Source: Squalus acanthias
Taxonomy: Eukaryota
Reading direction: 5' to 3'
Assembly (NCBI GenBank): GCA_030390025.1
Contig: CM059444.1
Location: 24,676,001 to 24,740,000, forward strand
DNA: 64,000 nucleotides
In this document: in pieces, positions 52,077 through 64,000 of the stretch
How the letters are laid out: every line of letters starts with the position of its first letter
Position numbering within the stretch: position 1 is the stretch's first letter
Notes under the pieces: generated by a model
Database searches by the model: none
The model's input: only the letters and a program-made list of their open reading frames with translations
Told to the model about the DNA's origin: nothing
Position numbers and translations under genes: made by a program

Positions 52077-52619
52077 GTGAGTTAAGGAATTTCTATTAGA
52101 ATTATTTCACCATTGGTTTGATTATGTCAACGTTTGAGCTACTAGGAGAAATAAATTAAATCACTGTTGCCCTGGATAAGGTTTATATTCTGTGCTTCGA
52201 GTTTAAATGCGCAATTAAAAAGTTTCCCGTCTGCTAAATAGACTGCAATCTATCTACCTGTTACAGTGACAATTCTCTGATGAGACATCATCTGCTGAGA
52301 CTCGGCCAGGCTTGATTTTAAAACGGCAATTGGATATAAAAATAGAACTAATATTTGCCATTTGAAACTTAGATTTTGTTTCCTTGTAGTTTGGGGGATG
52401 TATGAAAGATCTCCCTCTTCAGAGGCTGCAAAATTAAACAAAGCCGGTCAAATGTAATAACATTGCACCTTAGGTTGATTGCAGGAGTTGCTGGTATATT
52501 TGCCCTTAAACCAATTATCTAAGCTTCAAAAATAGGAAAACTGTTGATTTTGCAACAGTTCAGAACAGCACAGATTTCTGCATAATTATTGTTACTGCTA
52601 CTGTCCTGATAATTTAGAA

Positions 52620-52819
52620 TAAAAATAGAAAATGCTGGAAACACTCAGCAGGTCAGGCAGCATCTGTGGGGAGAGAAACAGAGTTCACGGTTCAGGTCGA
52701 TGACCCTTCGTCAGAACTGAAACGTCTGTTTCTCTCTCCACATATGCTGCCTGACCTGCTGAGTATTTCCAGCATTTTCTGTTTTATTTCAGACTTCCAG
52801 CATCAGCAGTATTTTGCTT
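52620..52819. mobile_element. Penelope-like family A, short fold-back insertion in prokineticin intron 1
   Basis: 14-bp duplication CTGATAATTTAGAA (52606-52619, 52820-52833); inverted arms; minus-strand hammerhead with GAAA changed to GAAC. Confidence 0.87.
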
Positions 52820-53351
52820 CTGATAATTTAGAAGACTGACTTGGATTTGTGCACTGTTTTAATCCTATTGTCATAATAAATCACCAGGCAACATCAGTAA
52901 ACTGAAAAATAAAGCAAGTGTGAGTCAAAGTGACATCATAGCATTTTGGTTTTGAAGTCACAGAACCCATTTTCAGCTGTGAAGTCAGTCATTTCAATTA
53001 ACTGTCTTACCCACCAACTGATCAACTAAAGATTTTGCACAAAATTTGCGCTCACAGAAAATCTCCCTGCTCACTATTTCACATAAGACATTTTATCTCA
53101 ACCGAAGAGTCTTTGAAGTCTGAAATACAGCTGTTTTGTCACAAGGCTGTGTTGCATCTGTGAGTTCCTACGGTGTTAATAGATCATTTGAACATCTGTC
53201 CTATGGTTTATCGTTCTCTCTGGATTACACATGTTGCAGCTTTCCAACATACTTCTACCCAAAGTGAAAATATCTGGAATAACAAGTGCTTTGGAAGGAA
53301 TAATTACATCACCATTGTTAGTCTCGCAATGTGATTGTGTTGATCCACTAA

Positions 53352-54800
53352 TAGAAACATGGGAAAGTACAATCAGAAAAGGCTATGCAGTCCATCTGCT
53401 GCTCCCAAAAACTAATACCTCTCAATTGCCCAGTTCTGCAAATATCTATTCAATTCTCCCATAAATCTTTCCATACGATCAGTCTCCACTGCCTTCCTGG
53501 ACAGTCCATTCAATACATTCACCACCCTCTGTGTAAAATAATTATACCTAAACTGTATACTCATCCTCTCTCTTCTAAGCTTGAGCTTGTGTCCCCTGGT
53601 TCTAGAGTTTGTGCCAATCTCGAACATATTATCCCGGTTCAATTTACCTATGCCCTTAAGAATCTTGAATATTTGAATAACATTTTCGCTGAGTCTTTTC
53701 TCCACAGTAAATAATGCCAGGCTCCTCGTGGTACAAATGCCTTAAGCTACAAATCGGTTTGGTTGCTCTTTTCTGTACTGTTACCAATGCCTGGATATCC
53801 TTGCTGTAATATGGTGACCAGATTTGTACACAGAAGTCTAGATGTAGCCATATCAGTGCCTTCACTCTCCTCCTTTAAGACACTCCTTAAAACCTAATTC
53901 ATTAACCGAGCTTTTGGTCACCTGTCCTAATATCTCCTTCTTTGGCTTGGTGTCAAATTGTTTTTGTTCAATTAAACTCCTGTGAAGCACCTTGGGACAT
54001 TTGACAATGTTAAATGTGCTATATAAATACAAGTTATTGTTGTTATACAGTCTCAATACTACCTCCTGGGATTTGTGCTCTATCCCTCTGGCTATAATCA
54101 CAATTTCCAGTTAGCTTTCCTTACTGCAGCAGCATACTGTGCTGCTGGTTTCAGTAAGCTAATCACCAATACCCCCGATCCCTCTCCTCTGTATTGTGTT
54201 CTGCAGCCTAGAACCATTTACTTTATATTCCTACTTTTTATTTCCAATCCTTATGTTGCATTTGTGCATGTTAAATGTTATTTCCCACTCAACAGCTCAC
54301 CTTCCCAAACTACCTCCCTTTGTATTATGTTTGCCTGTTCCCTATTGCTTCTGTTCCCTGTTCCAAATATACATAGCAATGTCTCCAGCATTGATCACTG
54401 TGGCACCTGCTAGTGATTTCTCACCAGTCAAGTGCAGCTCTTTTCACAATCATCTGGTGCTTTCTCTGATTTAGCCAATGTTCAATCCCCCTCAGGAGCT
54501 TGCCTCCTATTCCATTATCTTCCTACCTTGTGGACTAACTGTGCCGTGGTATTAAAAGCCTTGCTGAAGACTAAATGTATCACATCACAGAGTTTCTATT
54601 GTCAACAAAGCCTGTCATCTCCTCAAAGAACTCCAGTAAATTTGTTAGACAAGATCTCCCTTTCATAAATCCATGCTGACTCCCTCGTACCATACCTCAC
54701 ATATCATGGTTTTTCACTATCTCCTCTTTCAGCATGCCTTCCAATATTTTGCCCATAACAGATGGGCAACACATAGTTTCCTGAGTTGTCCCTTTCAAAA
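53352..54800 (-). mobile_element. Old CR1 fragment with a nested L2 tail (53862-54045, +)
   Basis: ORFs 53412..53705 (FTQRVVNVLN) and 53656..53865 (HLDFCVQIWSPY). Confidence 0.78.
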
Positions 54801-55220
54801 GATTGGTGTCATGTTAATATAATAAAACTTGCATTTATATAGCACCTCATCCCATTGAAATGTCTCAAAGTGTGTCAACAAGTAATTATTTTTGGAATGC
54901 TGTTATTAGGCAAATACAGCACCCATTTTGCAACAACAATGTCCCACAAATAGCAACAAGTTGAATGACCAATTAATCTTTTAGTCTGTTTAATACATTT
55001 ATGAAAACATCTTTTGGCATTTCCATGTTGCTGACCTTCCTCATCCTTTTTGTTCTTCAACCTGCCTCTTCAGAAGCTTCATTTTATGAGTTATGTCCCC
55101 ACCATTAACGTTCTTATGTTTTGGTAATGTGGCATGGAGTGCACTGAATCTGCATTAAAACCAATATAAAAATAATCTAAAAAGAGTGATTTCTAAGCTG
55201 TAAACTAATTTCATATTTGG

Positions 55221-56500
55221 AACAACAATAACAACTTGTGTTTATAAAGCGCCTTTAACATAGTAAAACTTATCAAACAAAATTTGACACAGAGCCACAT
55301 AAGGAGATATTAGGGCAGATGACCAAACACTTGGTCAAAGAGGTAGGTTTTAAGGAGTGTCTTAAAGGAGGAAAGAGAGGTAGAGAGGCAGGAGAAGTTT
55401 AGGGAGAAACATAGAAACATAGAAGATAGGAGCAGGAGTAGGCCATTCAGGCCCCTCGAGCCTGCTCCGCCATTCAATGAGATCATGGCTGATCATCCAA
55501 ATTCAGTACCCTGTCCCTGCCTTTTCCCCATATCCCTGATCCCTTTAGCCTTAAGAAATATATCTAACTCCTTCTTGAATATATTTAATGAATTGGCCTC
55601 CACTGCCTTCTGTGGTAGAGAATTCCACAGGTTCACCACTCTCTGGGTGAAGAAATTCCTCCTCATCTCTGTCCTAAATGGCTTACCCCTTATCTTTAGA
55701 CTGTGACCCCTGGTTCTGGACTCCCCGACCATCGGGAACATCCTTCCTGCATCTAGTCTGTCTAGTCCTGTTAGAATTTTATAAGTTTCAATGAGATCCC
55801 CTCTCATTTTTCTAAACTCCAGCGAGTATAAGCCCAATCGACCCAATCTCTCCTCATACGTCATTCCTGCCATCCCAGGTATCAGCCTGGTGAATCTTCG
55901 CTGCACTCCCTCCATGGCAAGAACATCCTTCCTCAGATAAGGCGACCAAAACTGCACACAATACTCAAGGTGTGGTCTCACCAAGGCCCTGTACAACTGC
56001 AGCAAGACATCCTGGTTCCTGTATTCGAACCCCCTCGCTATGAAAGCCAACATACCATTTGCCTTCTTAACCGCCTGCTGCACCTGCATTCCAGAGCTTG
56101 GGGCCTTGGCAGCTGAAGGCCCAGCCACCAATGGTGGAGCGATTAAAATCAGGCATGCTCAAGAGGCCAGAATTGGAGGAGTGCAGATATCTAGGAGGGT
56201 TATAGGGCTGGAGGAGGTTCGAGATAGGGAGGGGCAAGGCCATGGAGGGATTTGAAAACAAGGATGATAATTTTTAAATCGAGGCGTTGCTTAACTGGGA
56301 GCCAATGTAGGTCAGCGAGCACAGGGGTGATGGGGGAACGGGACTTGGTGCGAGTTAGGACACGGCAGCAGAGTTTTGGATGACCTCAAGTTTACAGAGG
56401 GTGGAAAATGGGAGGCTGGCCAGGAGTGCGTAGGAATAGCCAAGTCTAGAGGGAACAAAGGCATGGATGAGGGTTTTAGCAGCGGATAAGCTGAGGCAGG
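55221..56500 (-). mobile_element. L2-type LINE 3' end, split by a CR1
   Basis: 55221-55406 and 56088-56500 join at agggag..attccagagc; minus strand shows L2-like LHSSNSGLL...IGGWAFSCQGPKLWN. Confidence 0.8.
55407..56087 (-). mobile_element. CR1 LINE 3' fragment, young subfamily
   Basis: ORF 55493..56131 is near-identical to the C-terminus of the 920-aa ORF2. Confidence 0.94.
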
Positions 56501-57587
56501 AACCACATATAAAGCCTTACAAATATGGTTTAGATTCAACAAACTATTGCTTTATAATCTCCCTTATTCATAGTAAGTTAGTTAAAGTGAAAACTACAGA
56601 ATTCAATAGTGAGAAAATTAGGAAAATATCAATCCTCCTCATAAATGGTTTCACCTGTATAGTATTAAATTTGAATGGGTTGTGTTTTTTTCAATTTAAA
56701 ACTAATGCATGTGTTCTTTCAATAATTTTATTGAATTTTATGGAATCAGGGCAGATGATGTTTTTCTACTGTCCGTGAAGTTATGTGAGATGGTTTTCAC
56801 CTTTCTCTAGAAGTTATTACATTAGAAATCCTCCTAGATGAAGATTTGGATTAAAAATCTAAAATTGTATTATCAACACACAATGAGGAATTAGGTTTAA
56901 AGAACAAAAAGTTAAAATCGCTGTGAAAACCACATGAAAGAAAAAGAAAGACACATGATTAAAACTGGATCACCTACTTGACATATATTAAATCATGCTC
57001 CCAGCAGAGTTATACATAGGACAAATCTACTACATGAAAATTTACATTCCATTCAAGCACAGATCTCTTTTTCCTGTTAAGAGAGCAATGCGGCAGCTGG
57101 GCGTATCACATGGGCCTGCTTGCCATAAGTGTATCTAAACAGGTCTTTTAAAGGACCTGTAATATAGTGATGCACCTACTGCAAGACCTCAAGGGATTTG
57201 GTGAATGCATCACCACTAAAAGGATGCATCCCCCCTCCACCAGACTATCGGGGACCTTATATGCAGACATATACCACATGGCCACATATCACCATCCTCA
57301 CTAACCTACTATGGATCAGATATATTCTCTCTTTCTAGTCAGGAATTGGATATTCCCCACATTTTATTTTATGTTTTAACTCCTTTAAAGGGAAAGAACA
57401 GCATACCTATATTGTAGGAAACATCTTTGGTTTTGTTATTGATTTACCACCCCATGAAGACTTTCTGCTTTGGTCGCTGTCAAATCAATCTGTACATGAA
57501 CCCAATGGCCTGGATTCTGCAGTCAACGGTGCATGAACAACTTACACTTGACCACAGACTTTCTATGGGCTTTTGCACTGGAACTTG

Positions 57588-57802
57588 AGGGGAATGGTAG
57601 CATAGTGGTTATGTTACTGGACTAGTAATCCAGAGGCCTGGACTAATGATCCAGTTAGACGTGAGTTCAAATCCCTCCACAGCAGCTGCAGAATTTAAAT
57701 TCAGCTAGTTAAATAAATCTGGAATAAAAAGCTAGTAACAGTAATGGTGACCATGAAACTATCGGATTGTCATAAAAACCCATCTGGTTCACTAATGTCC
57801 TT
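57588..57802 (+). mobile_element. tRNA-derived (Pol III type 2 promoter) SINE-like head abutting a LINE
   Basis: A box TAGCATAGTGG 57598-57608; stem-loop CTGGA-CTAGTAA-TCCAG resembling a tRNA-Ser anticodon arm; B box GAGTTCAAATCC 57663-57674. Confidence 0.78.
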
Positions 57803-60690
57803 AAGAATAAAACCGGACGGACCACCCGGCATCAATCCTCGTCGCCGGCTTCGGACACAACAACGCACACTCAGCCCAGGTGCCCTGCAAAGTCCTCCTC
57901 ATTAACATCTGGGGACTTGTGCCAAAATTGGGCGAGCTGTCAAGCAACAGCCTGACATAATCATACTCACAGAATCATACCTATCAGCCAATATTCCAGA
58001 TTCCTCCATCACCATCCCTGGGTATGTCCTGACCCACCAGAGGTGGTGGCACAGTGGTATACAGTCTGGAGCAAGTGGCCCTGTGAGTCCTCAACATTGA
58101 CTCCGGATCCCATGAAGTCTCATGGCTTCAGGTCAAGCATGGCCAAGGAAACCTCCTGCTGATTACCACCTACTGCCCTCCCTCAGCTGATGAATCAGTA
58201 CTCCTCCATGTTGAACACCACTTGGAAGAAGCACTGAGGGTAGCAAGGGGCACAGAATGTACTCTGGGTGGGGGACTTTAATGTCCATCACCAAGAGTGG
58301 CTTGGGTAGCACCACTATTGACCGAGCTGGCTGAGTCCTGAAGGATGTAGCTGCCAGACTAGGACTGCAGCAGGTGATGAGAGAACCAACACAAGGGAAA
58401 AATCTACTTGACGTCCTCACCAATCTACCTGTAGCAGATGCATCTGTTCATAACAACATTGGTAGCAGTGACCACTGTACAGTCCTCATGGAGACGAAAT
58501 CCAATCATCACACTGAGGACACCCTCCATCGTGTTGTGTGGCACTTCCACCGTGCTAAATGGGACAGATTCAGAACAGATCTAGCAGCTCAAAACTGGGC
58601 ATCCATGAGGCACTGTGGGCCACCAGCAGCAGCAGAATTGTATTCCACCACAATCTGTAACCTCATGGCCCGGCATATCCCTCACTCTACCATTACCATC
58701 AAGCCAGGGGACCCTGGTTCAATGAAGAGTGCAGAAGAGCATGCCAGAAGCAGCACCAGGCATACCTAAAAATGAGGTGCCAACCTGGGGAAGCTGCAAC
58801 ACAGGACTACTTGAATGCTAAAAAGCGGAAGCAGCATGCTATAGACAGAGCAAAGCGATCCCACAATCAACAGATCAGATCAAAGCTCTGCAGTCTTGCC
58901 AGATCCAGTCGTGAATGGTGGTGGACAATTAAACAACTAATGGGAGGAGGAGGCTCCATGAATATCCCCATCCTCAATGATGGCGGAGCCCAGCACGCGA
59001 GTGCAAAAGACAAGGCTGAAGCGTTTGCAACTACCTTCAGTCAGAAGTGCCGAGTGGATGATCCTTTTCAGCCTCCTCCTGACGTCCCCACCATCACAGA
59101 AGCCAGACTTCAGCCAATTCGATTCATTCCACATGATATCAAGAAACGGCTGAGCGCACTGGATACAGCAAAGGCTATGGGCCCCGACAACATCCCGGCT
59201 GTCGTGCTGAAGACTTGTGCTCCAGAACTAGCCGCACCTCCAGCCAAGTTGTTCTAGTACAGCTACAACACTGGCATCTACCCAACAATGTGGAAAACTG
59301 CCCAGGTATGTCCTGTCCACAAAAAGCAGGACAAATCAATCCGGCCAATTACCATCCCATCAGTCTACTCTCAATCATCAGCAAAGTGCTGGAAAGTGTC
59401 ATCGACAGTGCTATCAAGCGGCACTTACTCACCAACAACCTTCTCACTGATGCTCAGTTTGGGTTCCGCCAGGACCACTCAGCTCCAGACATCATTACAG
59501 CCCTGGTCCAAACATAGACAAAAGAGCTGAATTTCAGAGGTGAGGTGAGAGTGATTGTCCTTGACATCAAGGCAGCATTTGACCGAGTGTGGCATCAAGG
59601 AGCCCTGGTAAAATTGAAGTCAATGGGAATCAGGGGGAAAACTCTCCACTGGCTGGAGTCATAACTAGTACAAAGGAAGATGGTTGTGGTTGTTGGAGGT
59701 CAATCATCTCAGCCCCAGGACATCGCTGCAAGAGTTCCTCAAGGCAGTGTCCTAGGCCCAACCATCTTCAGCTGCTTCATCAATGAACTTCCCTGCATCA
59801 TAAGGTCAGAAGTGGAGATGTTCGCTGATGATTGCACAGTGTTCAGTTCCATTCGCAACTCCTCAGATAATGAAGCAGTCCATGCCCGCATGCAGCAAGG
59901 CATGGACGACTTTCAGGCTTGGGCTGATAAGTGGCAAGTAACTTTTGTGCCACACGTGTGCCAGACAATGAATATCTCCAACAAGAGAGAGTCTAACCAC
60001 TGCCCCTTGACATTCAACGACATTACCATCGCCGAATCCCCCACCATCAACATCCTAGAGATCACCATTGACCAGAAACTTAACTGGACCAGCCACATAA
60101 ATATTGTGGCTACAAGAGCAGGTCAGAGGATAGGTGTTCTGCGGCGAGTGTCTCACCTCCTGACTCCCCAAAACCTTTCCACCATCTACAAGGCACAAGT
60201 CAGGAGTGTGTTAGGAATGCTCTCCACTTGCCTGGATGAGTGCAGGACAAAGCAGCCCGTTTGATCGACACCCCATCCACCACCTTAAACATTCACTCCC
60301 TCCACTACCGGCACACCGTGGCTGCAGTATGTACCATCTACAAGATGCACTGCAGCAACTCACCAAGGCTTCTTCGGCAGCACCTCCCAAACCCGCGACC
60401 TCTATCACCTAGAAGGACAAGGGCAGCAGGCGCATGGCAACACCATCACATGCAAGTTCCCCTCCAAGTTACACACCATCCTGACTTGGAAGTATATCGC
60501 CGATCCTTCATCATTGCTGGGTTAAAATCCTGGAACTCCCTCCCTAACAGCACTATGGGAGTACCTTCACCACACGGACTGCAGCGGTTTAAGAAGGTGG
60601 CTCACCACCACCTTCTCAAGGGCAATTATGGATGGGCAATAAATGCTGGCCTTGCCAGTGACGCCCACATCCCATAAACAAATTTTAAAA
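57803..60690 (+). mobile_element. Second LINE family, near full-length decayed EN-RT ORF
   Basis: EN pieces NIWGL, PDIIILTESYL, GDFN, SSDH; RT pieces [34 protein letters not shown]; many stops and frameshifts. Confidence 0.9.
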
Positions 60691-60776
60691 AATTGGAAAT
60701 CCTAAATCCTACAGGGGATCTGGAACCTGTGTGAACAGGGCAAGCAACTGTGTGTCTCCTGAACCAATTAAAGTGA

Positions 60777-60929
60777 TGATGTGGAGATGCCGGTGTTGGA
60801 CTGGGGTGGACAAATGTGAGAAGTCGCACAACACCAGGTTATAGTCCAACAGCTTTATTTGAAATCACAAGCTTTCGGAGCGCTGCTCCTTCGTCAGGTG
60901 AAGTCTGTGCAGAAGGAGCAGCGCTCCGG
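60777..60929 (-). mobile_element. Penelope-like family B terminal fragment with hammerhead (60865-60901, -)
   Basis: Duplication AAT(T/C)AAAGTGA; minus strand TCAC-CTGACGA-A-GGAGC(AGC)GCTCC-GAAA-GCTT-GTGA; short inverted piece at 60912-60928. Confidence 0.85.
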
Positions 60930-63439
60930 AATCAAAGTGAAGCAGTGTAGGTTAGAATATTTAATTTAATGTCAAATCTTGTACAGAAAACAAAATAAAG
61001 AGAGGGAGAGAAAGATGGGGTTAAGAGAGAGTGATAAAAGAGACATAAAGAAAAAGTTAAAATAAAATGATTTTAATGTTCTAATTTTTTTAAATCTCCA
61101 ACAATTAAAATCTGAAGGAATGAGACTCCACACTTATGAAAATTAATTTTCAGTGCCAGAGAGGTTGTTTGACAGTAATTAAGACTGGAATGGACAAGCC
61201 CTAACTTTTTCTGGCGTGTTTACTGGGTATCTATCATGTAAGTACAGCAATTTCACACAGTTCCATTTGTTTCAATGCTGAGTCTCTCGGTGAGATACCA
61301 TTATCACGCAGCTTTTGGTGTAGCAGAGCAACTCGGACAGCAACTTTATGATTTCTGCATTTAACTGCGCATGTGCGGTCGGCGGAAGTTGCTGTCTGAT
61401 TTACTCTTTAATAATGGTGAGCGCTGTTAGCCTCACCATTATTTTTGTCGCAAAATCTGGGCCCTTATATTCAACTTTCCCAACAAGACTTGCTGGAAGC
61501 CTTGTGGTTTAAATCAGTGTGGTTCTGAACTGCCAGTTAGAAAATAAAGTAGCATGTTTTTTAAGTCTAGCAAGGTAGATCTGGTTCTTCCTTTCTGGAC
61601 CTGTGGAATCAAACCTCACTGTTACAAATTGGTGACTCAATGGTGATTGAGATAGCGATATCTCATTCAGGGAAATAGATGGTGAGCAGTCTGCAGCTGT
61701 CGGTAATGGAGAGGGAGGGGAAATGTCTAGAAGAAGACCCCAGAGTAGAGAAAAACTCTTAACTCTCAACATACTATAGGAATCAGTCATACGCTTGCTG
61801 CTACATGTTAAGGATACTTTAAAAGGCAAGACAGCTCAATAGCAAATTAACAAAGTCTTGGCTGAGATGAATTCTCAGCAGTGAATTTGGCAAGCCTAAG
61901 GCAAGCTTCAACAAAATAATTGAGAACCAGTGCAGGAATGCAATATGTGATGAGTACTTGAATAGATCAGTGTTCTGAAATATTAAAGATGTTTGGACAT
62001 GTGCCTATAATCTTCAGATGAATTCAGATAGAAATTATGAAAATAGATAGTCTGTAACCAAAACAGGAAGTGGCAGGGAGAATGAAGACAGGAAATGCTC
62101 TCAATTTAAGGAAGAGTGGTCTAACAATAAGTTGGGAACTTCAGCTTCACAGGAAAATGTCACCTCTCCATTCATCCAGATGAAAGATTATTGAAAAATT
62201 AGAGGATGGGATGCTGGTTCAGGTATATAAAGAAGAATCACAGTGCAATATGTGGGCCCTGATCCAAAAGCAGCAATGAACAGCAATGAACAGATAGACA
62301 ATAACTAGTCTGTAACCCCATTCATAGAACTCTGAGCCCAAGTCATTAGAGTTGAGTCATGCCTTAAGCTACCTATATAATCATCAGAGAATTAGAACCC
62401 TCAATTCAAAACAGTGCATAGGCTCAAAGGAAAAAGCAGACAACAGCAATATATAAAACTAATGAACTTTCTGATTGGCACCTGAGTAATTATTAGACAG
62501 CTGGGATCCAGTGATTACAACAGGTTTTTTTAACTAAGGAGGCTGCATCTAGAAAATAATTAGGCATCTTCCATTTAAAGTAAAAGAATAAACAACTGAG
62601 CTTAGGTACTTGATTACAAATAAAAATGAAAACTCTATCTTTGAAGTTAAAGGGCAGGTTAATGTTTGGGTGGACCCTTCACCAAAAGAGTACTTGATCT
62701 TAAATTCAGCTGCATCAGGGCAAAGGATAGTTTACTCTTTACTTGTAACCTACAAAGCAGATATTTGCAGAAATATTGAAAATCCCTGACTTAAATTTTT
62801 AATCACTTGTCCAAAACAATATATGCATTGCCGGTGATCAGTTAAACTATTCACTGCGTATGCACTAGCACTGCAACACAGAACAGCATAAAAACACTGG
62901 AGTGGCACAGGTTGCTATTCTCGCTATTCCTTTCAAAGTTATTGATGCAATCTGCAGACTCAGTATTAACAAGAAAAGGGGAAAGAATAACAAAAGTGAA
63001 AAAATAACCCACCGCTCTTTGAATACTGACAAGACTCAATTATGCATAAATGGTAGCTGAGGTATGCACAAAGTTACAACAATTTGGAGACCACACTATA
63101 CTCCCCACAATGTCCAGTTGCTAACTAGCTCTGAATCTTAAGTGGAAAGAAACTAAACAATATTGCAGCGACTCAGCTAAAATCTTACCTGAATATCCTG
63201 CAGCAAAGTTTTACTAACTACAATGAGATAAAACTCACAGCAAGAAGAAATGGACTTGTTTTTGCAGACAGAAGGGAATCCATTAGTGGAAATTAGGCAA
63301 CCTAACAACTGGTGTTGCCTCGAAACATGAGAGCTGAAGTGCTTGATCAGCCATAATCACTGTTGATATGTCGACACCTAGCTATCTGGAAGACTGGTAA
63401 AATTATGTAACAACCATTACTGAAGTAGCTGTAGCTGAT

Positions 63440-63825
63440 ACAACAACATGCATTTATATAGTACCTTTAAAGTAGAAAAACATCCCAAAGTGCTCCACAG
63501 AGATGTAATCACGAAATGGACGCTGAGCCAAAGAAGGAGATATTCTAAAGGGTAACCAATAGCTGAGTTCTGACTAGCAGGGCTACGGGGAAAGGGCGGA
63601 GGAGTGGGACTAGCTGAAGTGCTCTTGCAGAGAGTCGGCATAGGCTCGACAGGCTGAATGGCCTCCTTCTGTGCTGTAACCATTCTGTGATTCTATTCTA
63701 TGATTCTATGAGTTTTAAGGACAGTTTTAAAGGAGGAGAAGGAGGGGGAGAGGTGGAGGGGTTGAGGGAAGGAATTCCAGTGCATGGGGCTTAGGCAGCT
63801 GAATGCACAGTCATCAATAATGAGC
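63440..63825 (-). mobile_element. L2-type 3' tail with a nested CR1 3' end (about 63585-63711, +)
   Basis: caacaacatgcatttatatag... L2 tail; inserted CR1 3' UTR ends in ATTCTRTG repeats. Confidence 0.75.
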
Positions 63826-64000
63826 CATGATGTGGAGATGCCGGTGTTGGACTGGGGTGGACAAATGTGAGAAGTCGCACAACACCAGGTTATAGTCCAA
63901 CAGTTTTATTTGAAATCACAAGCCTTCGGAGCGCTGCTCCTTCGTCAGGTGAAGACTTCACCTGACGAAGGAGCAGCGCTCCGAAAGCTTGTGATTTCAA
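63826..64000. mobile_element. Penelope-like family B fold-back insertion running off the window
   Basis: Palindrome centred near 63955; hammerheads at 63916-63952 (-, GAAA>GAAG) and 63958-63994 (+, intact). Confidence 0.88.

Noticed and set aside
57507-61464. Possible MITE enclosing the LINE and Penelope insertions (GGCCTGGATTCTGC ... GCAAAATCTGGGCC)
   Set aside because: TIR match is imperfect and the flanks do not form a duplication; not supported enough to annotate.
1-64000. CRISPR arrays, operons, rRNA or other prokaryotic systems
   Set aside because: No regularly spaced repeat-spacer arrays or dense gene packing; the content is vertebrate intergenic and intronic DNA.

Overview
Eukaryotic, repeat-dense vertebrate DNA. 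The repeat repertoire (CR1 LINEs, SacSINE1-like DeuSINEs, L2 tails, Penelope-like elements, PIF/Harbinger elements) suggests a cartilaginous fish, which is an inference. Nearly all ORFs in the supplied track are transposon fragments or their antisense shadows. The one confident host gene piece is missing from the ORF track: a 72-bp first coding exon of a prokineticin (MKSLSFALISFAAISYVYT-AVITG|gtgagt, 52005-52076, +). It has a candidate promoter, and exon 2 was not found in the window. Three weaker, phase-compatible minus-strand exon candidates could encode an unknown secreted precursor with convertase sites. The most striking hidden structure is two Penelope-like families whose short, often fold-back, TSD-flanked insertions carry minimal hammerhead ribozyme motifs with visible covariation. 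Also present: a CR1 with a 920-aa ORF2, a LINE apparently headed by a tRNA-derived Pol III promoter, a solo LTR, and Harbinger elements and MITEs. All coordinates were read by eye; ends of degraded repeats are approximate.
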